The translations under genes and the position numbers were made by a program. From an uncultured virus (IMG/VR IMGVR_UViG_3300046336_000146) (Duplodnaviria > Heunggongvirae > Uroviricota > Caudoviricetes), in the IMG/VR virus record IMGVR_UViG_3300046336_000146: a DNA stretch of 21,475 bases; one strand, given 5' to 3'. The notes below the pieces were generated by a model. That model did not search any database. It worked only from the letters and a program-made list of their open reading frames with translations, and was not told where the DNA came from. Position 1 is the stretch's first letter; every line of letters begins with the position of its first letter. This document shows positions 13,214 through 21,475 of this stretch, one piece after another.

Positions 13214-14159
13214 TATAGGAAAACACTATCTTTACCGTCATATTAGACTTGATACAAAAGAGCCTTTTTACATAGGAATAGGGACAAAAAGAAATTGTAA
13301 GAACTTTAAGCCTGTGTATGAAAGAGCTTTTGAAGTCAAACGAAGAGGTTCTTTTTGGAAAAATGTAGTGAGCAAAACAGATTATGAAGTTGAAATTCTA
13401 TTAGAATCAGACGATTATGAGTTTATTAAACAAAAAGAAATTGAATTTATTGCTTTATATAAAAGAAAAGATAACTGTAACGGAACACTTGTAAATCTAA
13501 CTGACGGTGGAGACGGGTTTTTAGGACGTCACACGAATGAAACAAAACAAAAAATGATAAAGACTAAGGCTTTAAAAAAGGACACAGTTATTTTATCTAT
13601 TACAGATAAGGTTATATCATTATACTCCAAAGGTGTGATTATAACAGAAATTTCCAAAATAGTAAAAGCAAATAAAGATATAATAAAATCAATATTAAAA
13701 AAGGAGGGCGTGTTAAAAAACTCTTCAGATTATAAAAAGGTATGTTTTTATGTGTATAATTTTAAAAATGGAAGTGTAACTTACTATTATTGTAAATATA
13801 ACGAACTATCTAAAATATTTAAAATTAATGAAGGGTGTATAAGAAATCATTGCTACAAGAAAAATAATATTACTGATTGTGGTTATCTTATTTTACAAAA
13901 AGAAGTGCCTTTTGAAGAAGCTAAGTTAGAGTACAATAATAGAGTTCTTAATAAGTGTAAAGTAGAAAAAGAACAAAGAAAAACTTATCAAAAGTACAAT
14001 AAAATTGTTCAAAAAGACCTAAATGGTGAAGTTATTAAGATTTGGGACAGGATGCAGGATATTATTAACGAGCTTGGATTAAAAAATAGTACACCAATAC
14101 TAAGAGTTATAAAAAATCAAAGAAAACATTTTAGAAAATTTATATGGGAAAGATTATAG
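13203..14159 (+). CDS. GIY-YIG homing endonuclease with a NUMOD1-like C-terminus
   Basis: YLYRHIRLDTKEPFYIGIG, KEIEFI and LVNLTDGGDG; C-terminal IVQKDLNGEVIKIW...FIWE. Confidence 0.85.
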   Translation: MISSIGKHYLYRHIRLDTKEPFYIGIGTKRNCKNFKPVYERAFEVKRRGSFWKNVVSKTDYEVEILLESDDYEFIKQKEIEFIALYKRKDNCNGTLVNLTDGGDGFLGRHTNETKQKMIKTKALKKDTVILSITDKVISLYSKGVIITEISKIVKANKDIIKSILKKEGVLKNSSDYKKVCFYVYNFKNGSVTYYYCKYNELSKIFKINEGCIRNHCYKKNNITDCGYLILQKEVPFEEAKLEYNNRVLNKCKVEKEQRKTYQKYNKIVQKDLNGEVIKIWDRMQDIINELGLKNSTPILRVIKNQRKHFRKFIWERL

Positions 14160-15067
14160 AAAAATTAAAAGTAGGAGACGGGTTTACAGATATAGAGATA
14201 AATGGAAGGTTATATCCTATTTGTGAAAAATATATTGTACCTGTTAAAAAAAACAGTCAGGGTGGAGTAAAAGCTTCAAAAACTAATAAATTAAAAGATT
14301 TAATTTTAGATAACCAATTCAGGTTTCATCACGAAACAGAACATTTTGCTAGACATTTAGATAAGTTTACACAAGATACAGAAGTGATTATCACTCGTAA
14401 ACTTCACGGAAGTAGTTTAATTTTATCGAACGTTTTACTAAGAAAGCAATTATCTTTAAAAGAGAAAGCTTTTAAATTTTTGGGAGCGGAAATCCCAACA
14501 ACTGAATATGGTGTTATTTGGTCATCAGGTAAACCTAGGGGAAAGCTTCCAAAAGGGGTTGAATCAAAGACAAATAAATGGGAAACACCTAATCCAAGTT
14601 ATTATTCTTTAGATATTTGGGAAAGAGCTTATAAAGAAATAGGAAATAAGGTTGAAAAAGGAATTTCATTATACGCTGAAATTATAGGGAAAGGTATTCA
14701 GGGAGATCAGTTTACTTATAACCAAGATTATGGGATTTATGTATACAGAATTACTCAAACTTCAATAGAAGGGAATTTGGTGGAATTTTCTTGGGAACAA
14801 ATTAAAAAATATTGTGAAAAATATGGATTAAACTGTGTAGAGGAATATTTTGTAGGTAAAATTAAGGAACTAACTACTGTAGAAGGAGAATTACTACCTT
14901 TCTTACAACAAAAGTATTTAAATAAATCATACCCAGATTGTAGAATTGATGAAGGAGTTTGTATTAGAATTAGAGAAACTGATGAAATATTCAAATTAAA
15001 ATCTCCTAATTTTATTAAAATGGAGAGTGATAATCAAGAAAAAGGAGCAGAAGAACAAGAGAGTTAG
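14144..15067 (+). CDS. RNA ligase, catalytic nucleotidyltransferase fragment (Rnl2/DRB0094-like)
   Basis: Motif I TRKLHGS, III YAEIIG, IV DEGVCIR, V FKLKS. Confidence 0.85.
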   Translation: MGKIIEKLKVGDGFTDIEINGRLYPICEKYIVPVKKNSQGGVKASKTNKLKDLILDNQFRFHHETEHFARHLDKFTQDTEVIITRKLHGSSLILSNVLLRKQLSLKEKAFKFLGAEIPTTEYGVIWSSGKPRGKLPKGVESKTNKWETPNPSYYSLDIWERAYKEIGNKVEKGISLYAEIIGKGIQGDQFTYNQDYGIYVYRITQTSIEGNLVEFSWEQIKKYCEKYGLNCVEEYFVGKIKELTTVEGELLPFLQQKYLNKSYPDCRIDEGVCIRIRETDEIFKLKSPNFIKMESDNQEKGAEEQES

Positions 15068-15106
15068 AGTGCCTTAAAAAATTAATAGAAATTATTAAAG
15101 ATAAAA

Positions 15107-15253
15107 ATGAGCGAGAATAAGAAACTGTATACAGAAAAGGATTTATTAGACCTTCTCATATTCACAGAGTGTCCTAATAGTTTGTCGCACTTAAAAGAAA
15201 TAAAATCAGTATTAAAAATGTGGTTAAAAAAGAAAAACAGTAGAAATGAGTAA
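15107..15253 (+). CDS. Small hypothetical protein (48 aa)
   Basis: Hand-translated MSENKKLYTEKDLL...; fills the gap and overlaps the thyX start. Confidence 0.5.
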   Translation: MSENKKLYTEKDLLDLLIFTECPNSLSHLKEIKSVLKMWLKKKNSRNE

Positions 15254-15926
15254 AGTAGATTTAATTAGTAAAACAGTTGGTGTAGGTAACTACAGAGAGT
15301 TAGATAACAATCAAATTATTGCCGCAATAGCACGACACGGAACAATAAAAGAAGATGGAGGAAAGTTAGTCAAGTATTTAATGGATAATGCTCACTGGAG
15401 TCCTTTACAGCACATTTCTTTTGGATTTAAGGTTGAAACTAGAAGAAGTATTTCTGCTCAAATCTTTAGGCATAGAAGTTTAAATGGTCAAGAATGGAGT
15501 TTAAGATATGCGGAGCCACTAGGTTTTGAAGAAATCGAATTAAGACGTGAACATCCAACTAATAGACAAAGTAGTACTGATATTTTCAATCCAGTATTAG
15601 AAGATGTTTGGGAAGGAGTTGAAGGAAAAGTTACAGCTAAAGATAAAATAGATAAATTATTATTTGACATTAGTAATTTATACGAAGAGTTAACTCAAGC
15701 TGGTGTAGCAAAAGAATGTGCAAGAGATATTCTCCCATTGTGTACTAAAACTACAATCCATGTTACAGGAACACTAAGAGATTTATTAGGTTTTTTGAAT
15801 GTGAGGTGTGATGGGCATTCACAGAAAGAAGTGAGAGATATTGCCACAAGAATTGGAGAAGAGTTAGAAAAAGAACTTCCTGAAATTATGGGCACAATTG
15901 ATTGGAGAAACGGAATGTTCATGTAA
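15246..15926 (+). CDS. thyX: Flavin-dependent thymidylate synthase
   Basis: HWSPL, RHR-x7-SLRY signature, KECARDILP, HSQKEVR. Confidence 0.95.
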   Translation: MSKVDLISKTVGVGNYRELDNNQIIAAIARHGTIKEDGGKLVKYLMDNAHWSPLQHISFGFKVETRRSISAQIFRHRSLNGQEWSLRYAEPLGFEEIELRREHPTNRQSSTDIFNPVLEDVWEGVEGKVTAKDKIDKLLFDISNLYEELTQAGVAKECARDILPLCTKTTIHVTGTLRDLLGFLNVRCDGHSQKEVRDIATRIGEELEKELPEIMGTIDWRNGMFM

Positions 15927-15969
15927 TAGCGGCGATTATCACCGTTAAAAATTAAAAAGATAAATAATT

Positions 15970-16140
15970 ATGTCAAACTCAGAAATAAAATACTACCAAG
16001 AAGATTATACAGAAATAAAAATAGAAGAAATAGAAAATTTAAGTGAAGACGCGTTAAACATTATTCAATTGTTTAGATTATTGTCTTCTGATGATAAGGT
16101 GGCAGTCAAAAAAGCGATAAGACAAGAATATATTTTTTAA
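15970..16140 (+). CDS. Small hypothetical protein (56 aa)
   Basis: Hand-translated MSNSEIKYYQED...QEYIF*; A-rich upstream context. Confidence 0.55.
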   Translation: MSNSEIKYYQEDYTEIKIEEIENLSEDALNIIQLFRLLSSDDKVAVKKAIRQEYIF

Positions 16141-16146
16141 ATCTTT

Positions 16147-16178
16147 CTTGTGAGGAATAAAAATTAAATGTATATTTG
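16147..16178 (+). promoter_or_regulatory. Bacteroidota-type promoter
   Basis: CTTG, 20 nt, TATATTTG. Confidence 0.78.
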
Positions 16179-16206
16179 CAGAGTAAAAATTTAAAAACGA
16201 AAACCT

Positions 16207-16683
16207 ATGAGCAGTTTAAAAGATTTAGAAGTATTAGAAAAGTATTTATCTGAAGATGAATTAAAAAGTGTAGCTAAAGAAGTAGCTTACAACCATTTTG
16301 CAAAATCATTACAGGAACATAATCCTTACGCAAAATCTAATTTAGAGTTTTATATAGCTCAAGGTGCTTTTCAAGCTGTTCTTCAGCACGGAGAAAAATT
16401 AGATTTTGATTTTCACGCAAAAGAATTAAAAGAGAAGACCTCAAAACTTATAAAAGGACTACAATCTTATGAATTACCTAACTCTTACACTACAATAGCA
16501 GAAGAAACTGTTGAAGAGCACAGAGAAGAAATACAAAACAGAATGAAAGAAAAGATAACTTCTTTTGTTAATGGAGGAGATTATCCAAGCCTGTACAGTA
16601 CTTTTGAACAAAAAGTTGGAGAAACAATGGCAGACTTACTTTATAATCTTTTAGAGGAAAAATTTAAAAATAGTAAAGAGTAA
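16207..16683 (+). CDS. Hypothetical helical protein
   Basis: 158-aa ORF after a promoter. Confidence 0.7.
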   Translation: MSSLKDLEVLEKYLSEDELKSVAKEVAYNHFAKSLQEHNPYAKSNLEFYIAQGAFQAVLQHGEKLDFDFHAKELKEKTSKLIKGLQSYELPNSYTTIAEETVEEHREEIQNRMKEKITSFVNGGDYPSLYSTFEQKVGETMADLLYNLLEEKFKNSKE

Positions 16684-16907
16684 TGGAAAGAGAAGTAGTA
16701 TCAATATATGACATAGGTGGTAGTATAAGTGTTGTTTTTAATGACGGAGAATCTTGTGTTTTTTCCAAATTTGGGAAAACTATATACACGCAAACTTCTC
16801 CAGGAGTCTTGAAAAAAACACTTGTTCTTTTAAAACAAGATGTAAAAGATACAAATTTTAATGTAGAAGAGCTAAAAAATTTATGGGTACAAAAGAAAAA
16901 GAATTAG
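16683..16907 (+). CDS. Hypothetical protein
   Basis: TAATG stop/start overlap with the upstream gene. Confidence 0.65.
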   Translation: MEREVVSIYDIGGSISVVFNDGESCVFSKFGKTIYTQTSPGVLKKTLVLLKQDVKDTNFNVEELKNLWVQKKKN

Positions 16908-17044
16908 AAGAGTTTAAAAAAGACTTAAGAGATTTGGTAGTGTACACATTACCTAAAAAAGTAAGAGAAGATAAAGATATTGTCGATAATTATTTTGACA
17001 GTTTCTTATTTGCGTGCGAAGAGTATAAAAGAGTAGTTAAATAA
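16883..17044 (+). CDS. Small hypothetical protein (53 aa)
   Basis: Hand-translated MGTKEKELEEF...KRVVK*; fills the gap between its neighbours. Confidence 0.55.
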   Translation: MGTKEKELEEFKKDLRDLVVYTLPKKVREDKDIVDNYFDSFLFACEEYKRVVK

Positions 17045-17046
17045 AA

Positions 17047-17235
17047 ATGAAACAAAAAATAGCAACAGTCTTCGAAATAGAAGAAAAAGAAGTAAGAGAA
17101 GCTTTACATGACTATTTCGTAAAAAAGTTAAAAGGAAGAAACTTAAATTGTGTGTTTAGTCCAAACGATATAGATATATTTAGTTATGGAAATGGAGCAT
17201 CAATCATAATAAATGAAAATAAAGAAATAGAATAA
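17047..17235 (+). CDS. Hypothetical protein
   Basis: 62-aa ORF, tightly packed. Confidence 0.6.
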   Translation: MKQKIATVFEIEEKEVREALHDYFVKKLKGRNLNCVFSPNDIDIFSYGNGASIIINENKEIE

Positions 17236-17238
17236 ATT

Positions 17239-17658
17239 ATGCAAAAACAAATAGAACAACTTATAGCTTTTCAAAAAGCTTTTAAAAGTTTAGTAAATAC
17301 ACAACCTACATTACTGACAGAAGAACAATGGAATCTTAGATTAGCACTAAGTCAAGAAGAATTAGACGAGTATAAAGAAGGTTGTGAAAATGAAGATATT
17401 GTAGAAATTTTTGATTCTATTTTAGACCGTTTATTTTTAGCTTTTGGAGACGCAGTTTCTCATGGATTGCAAGATTATTTAGTGGCAGGTTTTGAAGAAG
17501 TTTTAGCTTCCAATATGTCAAAATTAGATGATAATGGTCAGCCTATTATTAATGGTGAGAATGGATATTTAGATACTTCAAGACCACTCGGTAAAATCCT
17601 GAAGTCAGAAAAATTCTTCCACCCTAGGTTGGATTTAATTTTGGCGAATAAAAAATAA
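17239..17658 (+). CDS. MazG-like / all-alpha NTP pyrophosphohydrolase
   Basis: EELDE...EIFDSILD, SNMSK and GKILK motifs. Confidence 0.85.
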   Translation: MQKQIEQLIAFQKAFKSLVNTQPTLLTEEQWNLRLALSQEELDEYKEGCENEDIVEIFDSILDRLFLAFGDAVSHGLQDYLVAGFEEVLASNMSKLDDNGQPIINGENGYLDTSRPLGKILKSEKFFHPRLDLILANKK

Positions 17659-17663
17659 AAAAT

Positions 17664-17963
17664 ATGGAAAAATTAGTATGGACACATTGGATACAAGACT
17701 TAAGTTACGACTTACCTAACTCTGGTAAGTTTACTGTAGAAGAATTAGAAAGAGTAGTTAGAATATTAAAGTCAAATAAACTCTCGTATGTAGAATTTGA
17801 TGAAGATGGAGGTATAGATTTTTACAAGGTAGAAGAAGAGACAGACGAAGAGTTTGAAAAAAGAATCCAAGAAAAAGAGGGTACTTTAGAGTTTATAGAA
17901 AAACTTGATTATCATAAAGCTTTAGAAACTGTTGAAAGATTAAAACATAAATTTGAAAAATAA
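17664..17963 (+). CDS. Hypothetical protein
   Basis: 99-aa acidic ORF containing ETDEEFEKR. Confidence 0.65.
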   Translation: MEKLVWTHWIQDLSYDLPNSGKFTVEELERVVRILKSNKLSYVEFDEDGGIDFYKVEEETDEEFEKRIQEKEGTLEFIEKLDYHKALETVERLKHKFEK

Positions 17964-17968
17964 AAGAT

Positions 17969-18544
17969 ATGTATATAAATATTCAGCTTTTTAAGAAGAA
18001 TAATTTAGAGCCTCAAGACTTGTATTTTCTTTTATCGATAAAACAAACTGAGAAAGAAGTCTTAAAAGACATACCTATTGACGTAATACAGAGGTTTAAA
18101 GACTTGGGAATACTTACTACTATAAAAGGTACTAAAAGCGAACCAGAAAGCCTTAAAATACGTTTAAATGACAAGGGGAAGAAGTTGTTAGAAAATTTAT
18201 CTATTGCGGAAGTTGAAGAGGATAGCTTAAAAATTTTTGATTGGATTTCTGAAATATACAGAAGGAGTGGGAAAGAGATAGGGAATCAAAAAAAGACAAA
18301 ACAATTTATTGCTCAATTTTCAAAAGAAAGTGGTATTAAAAAAAATTCATTGGCGTTTTTGATTCAATCTTTTGTTAACGATGAATCTCAATTTGAATGG
18401 TCAAAAGTTTTACAATATTTATTTTTTAAAGGAGATTCTGTTTTTAATGTGAGATTTGATTTATATAGTAGTAAACTGTATCAATATTATCAAAAAAATG
18501 AAAATTATTTTAGCGGACAGTTTAAAAAATGGGAAGAACAATAA
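17969..18544 (+). CDS. Hypothetical protein, possibly a replication initiator or helicase partner
   Basis: Directly upstream of the helicase; winged-helix-like segment (FKDLGIL...RLNDKGK). Function is inference only. Confidence 0.55.
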   Translation: MYINIQLFKKNNLEPQDLYFLLSIKQTEKEVLKDIPIDVIQRFKDLGILTTIKGTKSEPESLKIRLNDKGKKLLENLSIAEVEEDSLKIFDWISEIYRRSGKEIGNQKKTKQFIAQFSKESGIKKNSLAFLIQSFVNDESQFEWSKVLQYLFFKGDSVFNVRFDLYSSKLYQYYQKNENYFSGQFKKWEEQ

Positions 18545-18553
18545 TAAATTAAA

Positions 18554-19747
18554 ATGACAAAAGAAGAAATAGATTTAATTTTAACAGGAAAAAATAGAGA
18601 AGCTGTAACAGCACATACAGATATTGTAAACTTACAGAAAAAATCTACTACTATTCTAAAAACAGGTATTGACCACCTTGACAATTTTCTAATTGCTGGA
18701 CTTACTAACAAAATGGTATTTATAGGTTCACGACCATCTATGGGCAAGACGACAAGTGCTGAAAAAATATTAACAAACCTTTTAACTCCTGAGGTAAATC
18801 CTGACCAAAATATATCTATTTTAAAGATGAATTTAGAAATGGGCATGCAGTCTTTATTACTTAGAGATTATAAAAAAGCTCTTAATAGAGATATGAGAGA
18901 TATATTAGAAAGACCTTTTAATGAATCTGAAATTCCAATTATACAAAAAGTAGTAGCTAAACATAATGATAGCCGAATTATAAACTTTAGTAAGACTGTT
19001 AACGGAGATGATTTGAGATATTTATTAAAACAGTTTATTTCTATTTCTGAAAGTAAAGGTTTAAAACAGAAAGTCTGTATTGTTGACCACTTACACATCT
19101 ACCCGACAAAAAAAGAAATTGACGAAGTTTTATTTATATGTAATGAAGCTAAAATGTCAGACCCTTATTTAAGTTTTATTTTCTACTTTCAGTTCGGAAG
19201 GACGCTCGAAGATATTTGGCGAGATACAAAAGATAAAAAAGCCAACCCTAAAACTTTCTTACCAAACTCAAGCCATATTTACAATACAGACAGTTTAATG
19301 CAATATGGTTCTGTTGTCATGGGACAAGTTATACCCCAAGTTGTTGATATGGAAGAGTACGCATCTATTTACAAAGATAGAAATACTCATTTACAAGAAC
19401 ATTTTTTAGAAGATAATGCGGATAATAAGACTGTAAGGTTAAAAGGTAGAAATAGGATATATTATAATTATATTAAGATTAGGGATTTAGATGATTTAGA
19501 TACACCTCGTTTATATTGTGATGTATTAAATCCTGAATATGAGGAGAAAGCTAATAAAATTATGATGGAGAATAGAAACCCTTTTGCCTCAAACAATATA
19601 TCACCTCCCTCCTTTAACACTACTCCTGTATTTGAAAACGTATTTGAAAAAGAAAAATCAGTAGATGAGATAATAGAGCCTGTTAGTTTTGCTAATATTT
19701 CAGATGCTTTTGATAGTCCAGATTTAGGAGAAGAACCTCCTTTTTAG
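18554..19747 (+). CDS. DnaB-like (SF4) replicative helicase
   Basis: Walker A GSRPSMGKT, NLEM, Walker B IVDHLH; acidic C-terminal tail ending EEPPF. Confidence 0.85.
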   Translation: MTKEEIDLILTGKNREAVTAHTDIVNLQKKSTTILKTGIDHLDNFLIAGLTNKMVFIGSRPSMGKTTSAEKILTNLLTPEVNPDQNISILKMNLEMGMQSLLLRDYKKALNRDMRDILERPFNESEIPIIQKVVAKHNDSRIINFSKTVNGDDLRYLLKQFISISESKGLKQKVCIVDHLHIYPTKKEIDEVLFICNEAKMSDPYLSFIFYFQFGRTLEDIWRDTKDKKANPKTFLPNSSHIYNTDSLMQYGSVVMGQVIPQVVDMEEYASIYKDRNTHLQEHFLEDNADNKTVRLKGRNRIYYNYIKIRDLDDLDTPRLYCDVLNPEYEEKANKIMMENRNPFASNNISPPSFNTTPVFENVFEKEKSVDEIIEPVSFANISDAFDSPDLGEEPPF

Positions 19748-19766
19748 TATTATTTAGAATTGTTTT

Positions 19767-19806
19767 AAATAAAAACAGCAGAAGTAAATTTTTGCTGTTT
19801 TTATTT
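19767..19806 (+). terminator. Intrinsic terminator, possibly bidirectional
   Basis: AAATAAAAACAGCAGAA / TTTTGCTGTTTTTATTT inverted repeat. Confidence 0.8.
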
Positions 19807-19815
19807 TTTATGTCG

Positions 19816-19847
19816 AAAATTAAATGTATATTTGCAGAGTAAAAATT
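19816..19847 (+). promoter_or_regulatory. Promoter core, exact 32-bp copy of 16160-16191
   Basis: AAAATTAAATGTATATTTGCAGAGTAAAAATT containing TATATTTG. Confidence 0.7.
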
Positions 19848-19860
19848 AACAAATACAATT

Positions 19861-20244
19861 ATGAGCAAAGATTTTTATTACAGTTGGTCTTGTCCAAAGA
19901 TAGACGAGAACATAGGTAAATTTAAACTGGGGTTAAGTGACCATATTGATAATTTAGTAAGAGAACTTAATCCTATGTTTTATGATACTTCTCCTAGAAG
20001 ATATATAGATGACTGGGTAGATTCTATATTTGACTCCGCGGAAGATATTTTTGAAAATGTTAGAGAGTGCAACTCAGATATGAGAGAGGAAGCCGATAGA
20101 GTAGTAAAAGAGCTTATAGAGGAGCGCGACGAATATAAAAGGCAAGCAGAACTTTGGGAAGACGAGGCAGATGAAAAAGACAAGCAAATACAAGACTTAC
20201 AAGAAGAAATAGAAGAATTAAAACAAACTTTAAACGACAGATAA
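19861..20244 (+). CDS. Hypothetical protein with a C-terminal coiled coil
   Basis: SCPKID N-terminus; heptad-rich acidic tail. Confidence 0.7.
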   Translation: MSKDFYYSWSCPKIDENIGKFKLGLSDHIDNLVRELNPMFYDTSPRRYIDDWVDSIFDSAEDIFENVRECNSDMREEADRVVKELIEERDEYKRQAELWEDEADEKDKQIQDLQEEIEELKQTLNDR

Positions 20245-20245
20245 A

Positions 20246-20821
20246 ATGGAAAAAGTTTTCAAAAATAAAAGGACAGGAGAAATTGCTTATTATAGAGACG
20301 GGATATTAAAAGTAGGTAACTGTGCGGTTGAAATTGGACACGAACCTAGTTTAGAGTTTTGGAATTTGGTTGAACAAGATGAAGTCATAGGTAAAGATTT
20401 CTATGGCAATGATATATTTAAACACACTAAAGTTTATGCTACATTAGATGATAATGAAATTGTAGTGTTTGTTTCAAAAGATTTAGCAGAAAGATATAAA
20501 AAAGAAAGAGAAGAAATAGTTCTAACAACAAACGATGGAGTTAATTTAAAGTTTGGAGATAAGTATTTTGTAGCAGATGTTTCAAGATTTATTATTTTTG
20601 AAGCTTCTGCGGGTATCACTTTCACAAGTGATATGTGGGAAAAATATAGATTTTCTACTAGAGAGTTAGCAGAGGAATGGATTTTAATGAACAAGCCTTT
20701 ACTTTCTTTGGAGGATTTATTAAGTATTTGGGGATATGAAGAAGAGAAAGAATTTTACAGTAAATCGCCGTTATTTTATAATATTAAACATTTGGCGAAA
20801 AAAAGACTAAAAAATGAGTAA
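20246..20821 (+). CDS. Phage hypothetical protein
   Basis: 191-aa ORF with two loosely repeated segments (FVSKDLAERY / FSTRELAEEW). Confidence 0.7.
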   Translation: MEKVFKNKRTGEIAYYRDGILKVGNCAVEIGHEPSLEFWNLVEQDEVIGKDFYGNDIFKHTKVYATLDDNEIVVFVSKDLAERYKKEREEIVLTTNDGVNLKFGDKYFVADVSRFIIFEASAGITFTSDMWEKYRFSTRELAEEWILMNKPLLSLEDLLSIWGYEEEKEFYSKSPLFYNIKHLAKKRLKNE

Positions 20822-21113
20822 CATAGTAACATTAGAGAATATAGTAAAATTTCAAGATGCTCTAATAGAAGTATTAGAGGTTTCTAAAGATGGTGATTTA
20901 AAAGCTAAATTGTTTATAGATTCTTATAAAAGTCAAATAGAGTCTTTGAAAGATGAGTTAGGAAGTCAAAACCAGAAAGTAAGTAGAGTAGAAATAATAT
21001 CCAAGAAAAATGGAAGAGAAAAAGTAGTAAAGGAGGAAGATATTGAACTCTCTTTTCAAGATAATAATCAAACTTTAAAAATATTTTATGGGTACAATAA
21101 AACAAATGTTTAG
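20814..21113 (+). CDS. Hypothetical protein
   Basis: 99-aa ORF overlapping both neighbours by 8 nt. Confidence 0.65.
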   Translation: MSNIVTLENIVKFQDALIEVLEVSKDGDLKAKLFIDSYKSQIESLKDELGSQNQKVSRVEIISKKNGREKVVKEEDIELSFQDNNQTLKIFYGYNKTNV

Positions 21114-21475
21114 AAATTTTAAACAAGGTATTAAAAACCTTTGGTATTGGGGGCCAATTATTTGGCAAGATAGAAATTGGGACTATCATTATATTTTTGA
21201 AATATTAAAGCATAAGCTCAAGGCTCAATCAAACTATATAGGAAGTAGGAATTTTCATACAAGAGCTAAAACAGATGCTAGAAATATGATGATTTGTGTA
21301 AATCTAATTCAAAAAATACAAGACGATTTTTATGAACTAGAGTATTTTGACCATCATAAAGAAACCCATTGGTGGATTCCTTCAGAGGACCGTCCTAGAA
21401 ACTCTTATTTAGAAACAAAGGAAGTTTGGGAAAAGTTTGATGAGTATTTTAAAAGATACCCTTTAATACATCAAA
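21106..21475 (+). CDS. Phage hypothetical protein, 3'-partial
   Basis: Open frame MFRNFKQGIKNLWYWGPIIWQDRNWDYHYIFEILKHKL... running off the window. Confidence 0.7.
   Translation, partial: MFRNFKQGIKNLWYWGPIIWQDRNWDYHYIFEILKHKLKAQSNYIGSRNFHTRAKTDARNMMICVNLIQKIQDDFYELEYFDHHKETHWWIPSEDRPRNSYLETKEVWEKFDEYFKRYPLIHQ

Noticed and set aside
13203..14159. Ribosomal bypass joining the ligase halves (both are in the same frame)
   Set aside because: Same frame is expected by chance one time in three, the gap is about 930 nt, and the second half has its own overlapping ATG
3780..21189. Other short minus-strand ORFs and the nested 10062-10244 ORF
   Set aside because: Shadow frames overlapping well-supported plus-strand genes

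Overview
AT-rich, all-plus-strand segment of a phage genome, most likely infecting Bacteroidota (Flavobacterium-like). Host evidence: repeated (C/T)TTG-N20-TAnnTTTG promoters, A-rich non-Shine-Dalgarno starts, and signal peptides followed by Gln. Four parts: (1) a compact two-target diversity-generating retroelement (target1/VR1 - TR - RT - target2/VR2, 464-2444) with clear adenine-specific TR-to-VR mismatches and no avd gene in the window; (2) nuclease genes; (3) a ~2.3-kb island (5407-7738) of back-to-back structured RNAs, comprising two unassigned closed domains, a tRNA-Leu-like element with a 53-nt anticodon-loop insert, a ROOL-like giant RNA that appears to carry a NUMOD4-HNH ORF, an atypical tRNA-CAT and a pseudoknot-rich RNA; (4) nucleotide metabolism and replication genes: class Id-like RNR beta and alpha, thioredoxin, ThyX, a MazG-like pyrophosphatase, a DnaB-like helicase, an RNA ligase split by a GIY-YIG endonuclease, and two small outer-membrane beta-barrel genes. 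All pairings and alignments were read by eye. Family assignments come from remembered motifs, not from database searches.
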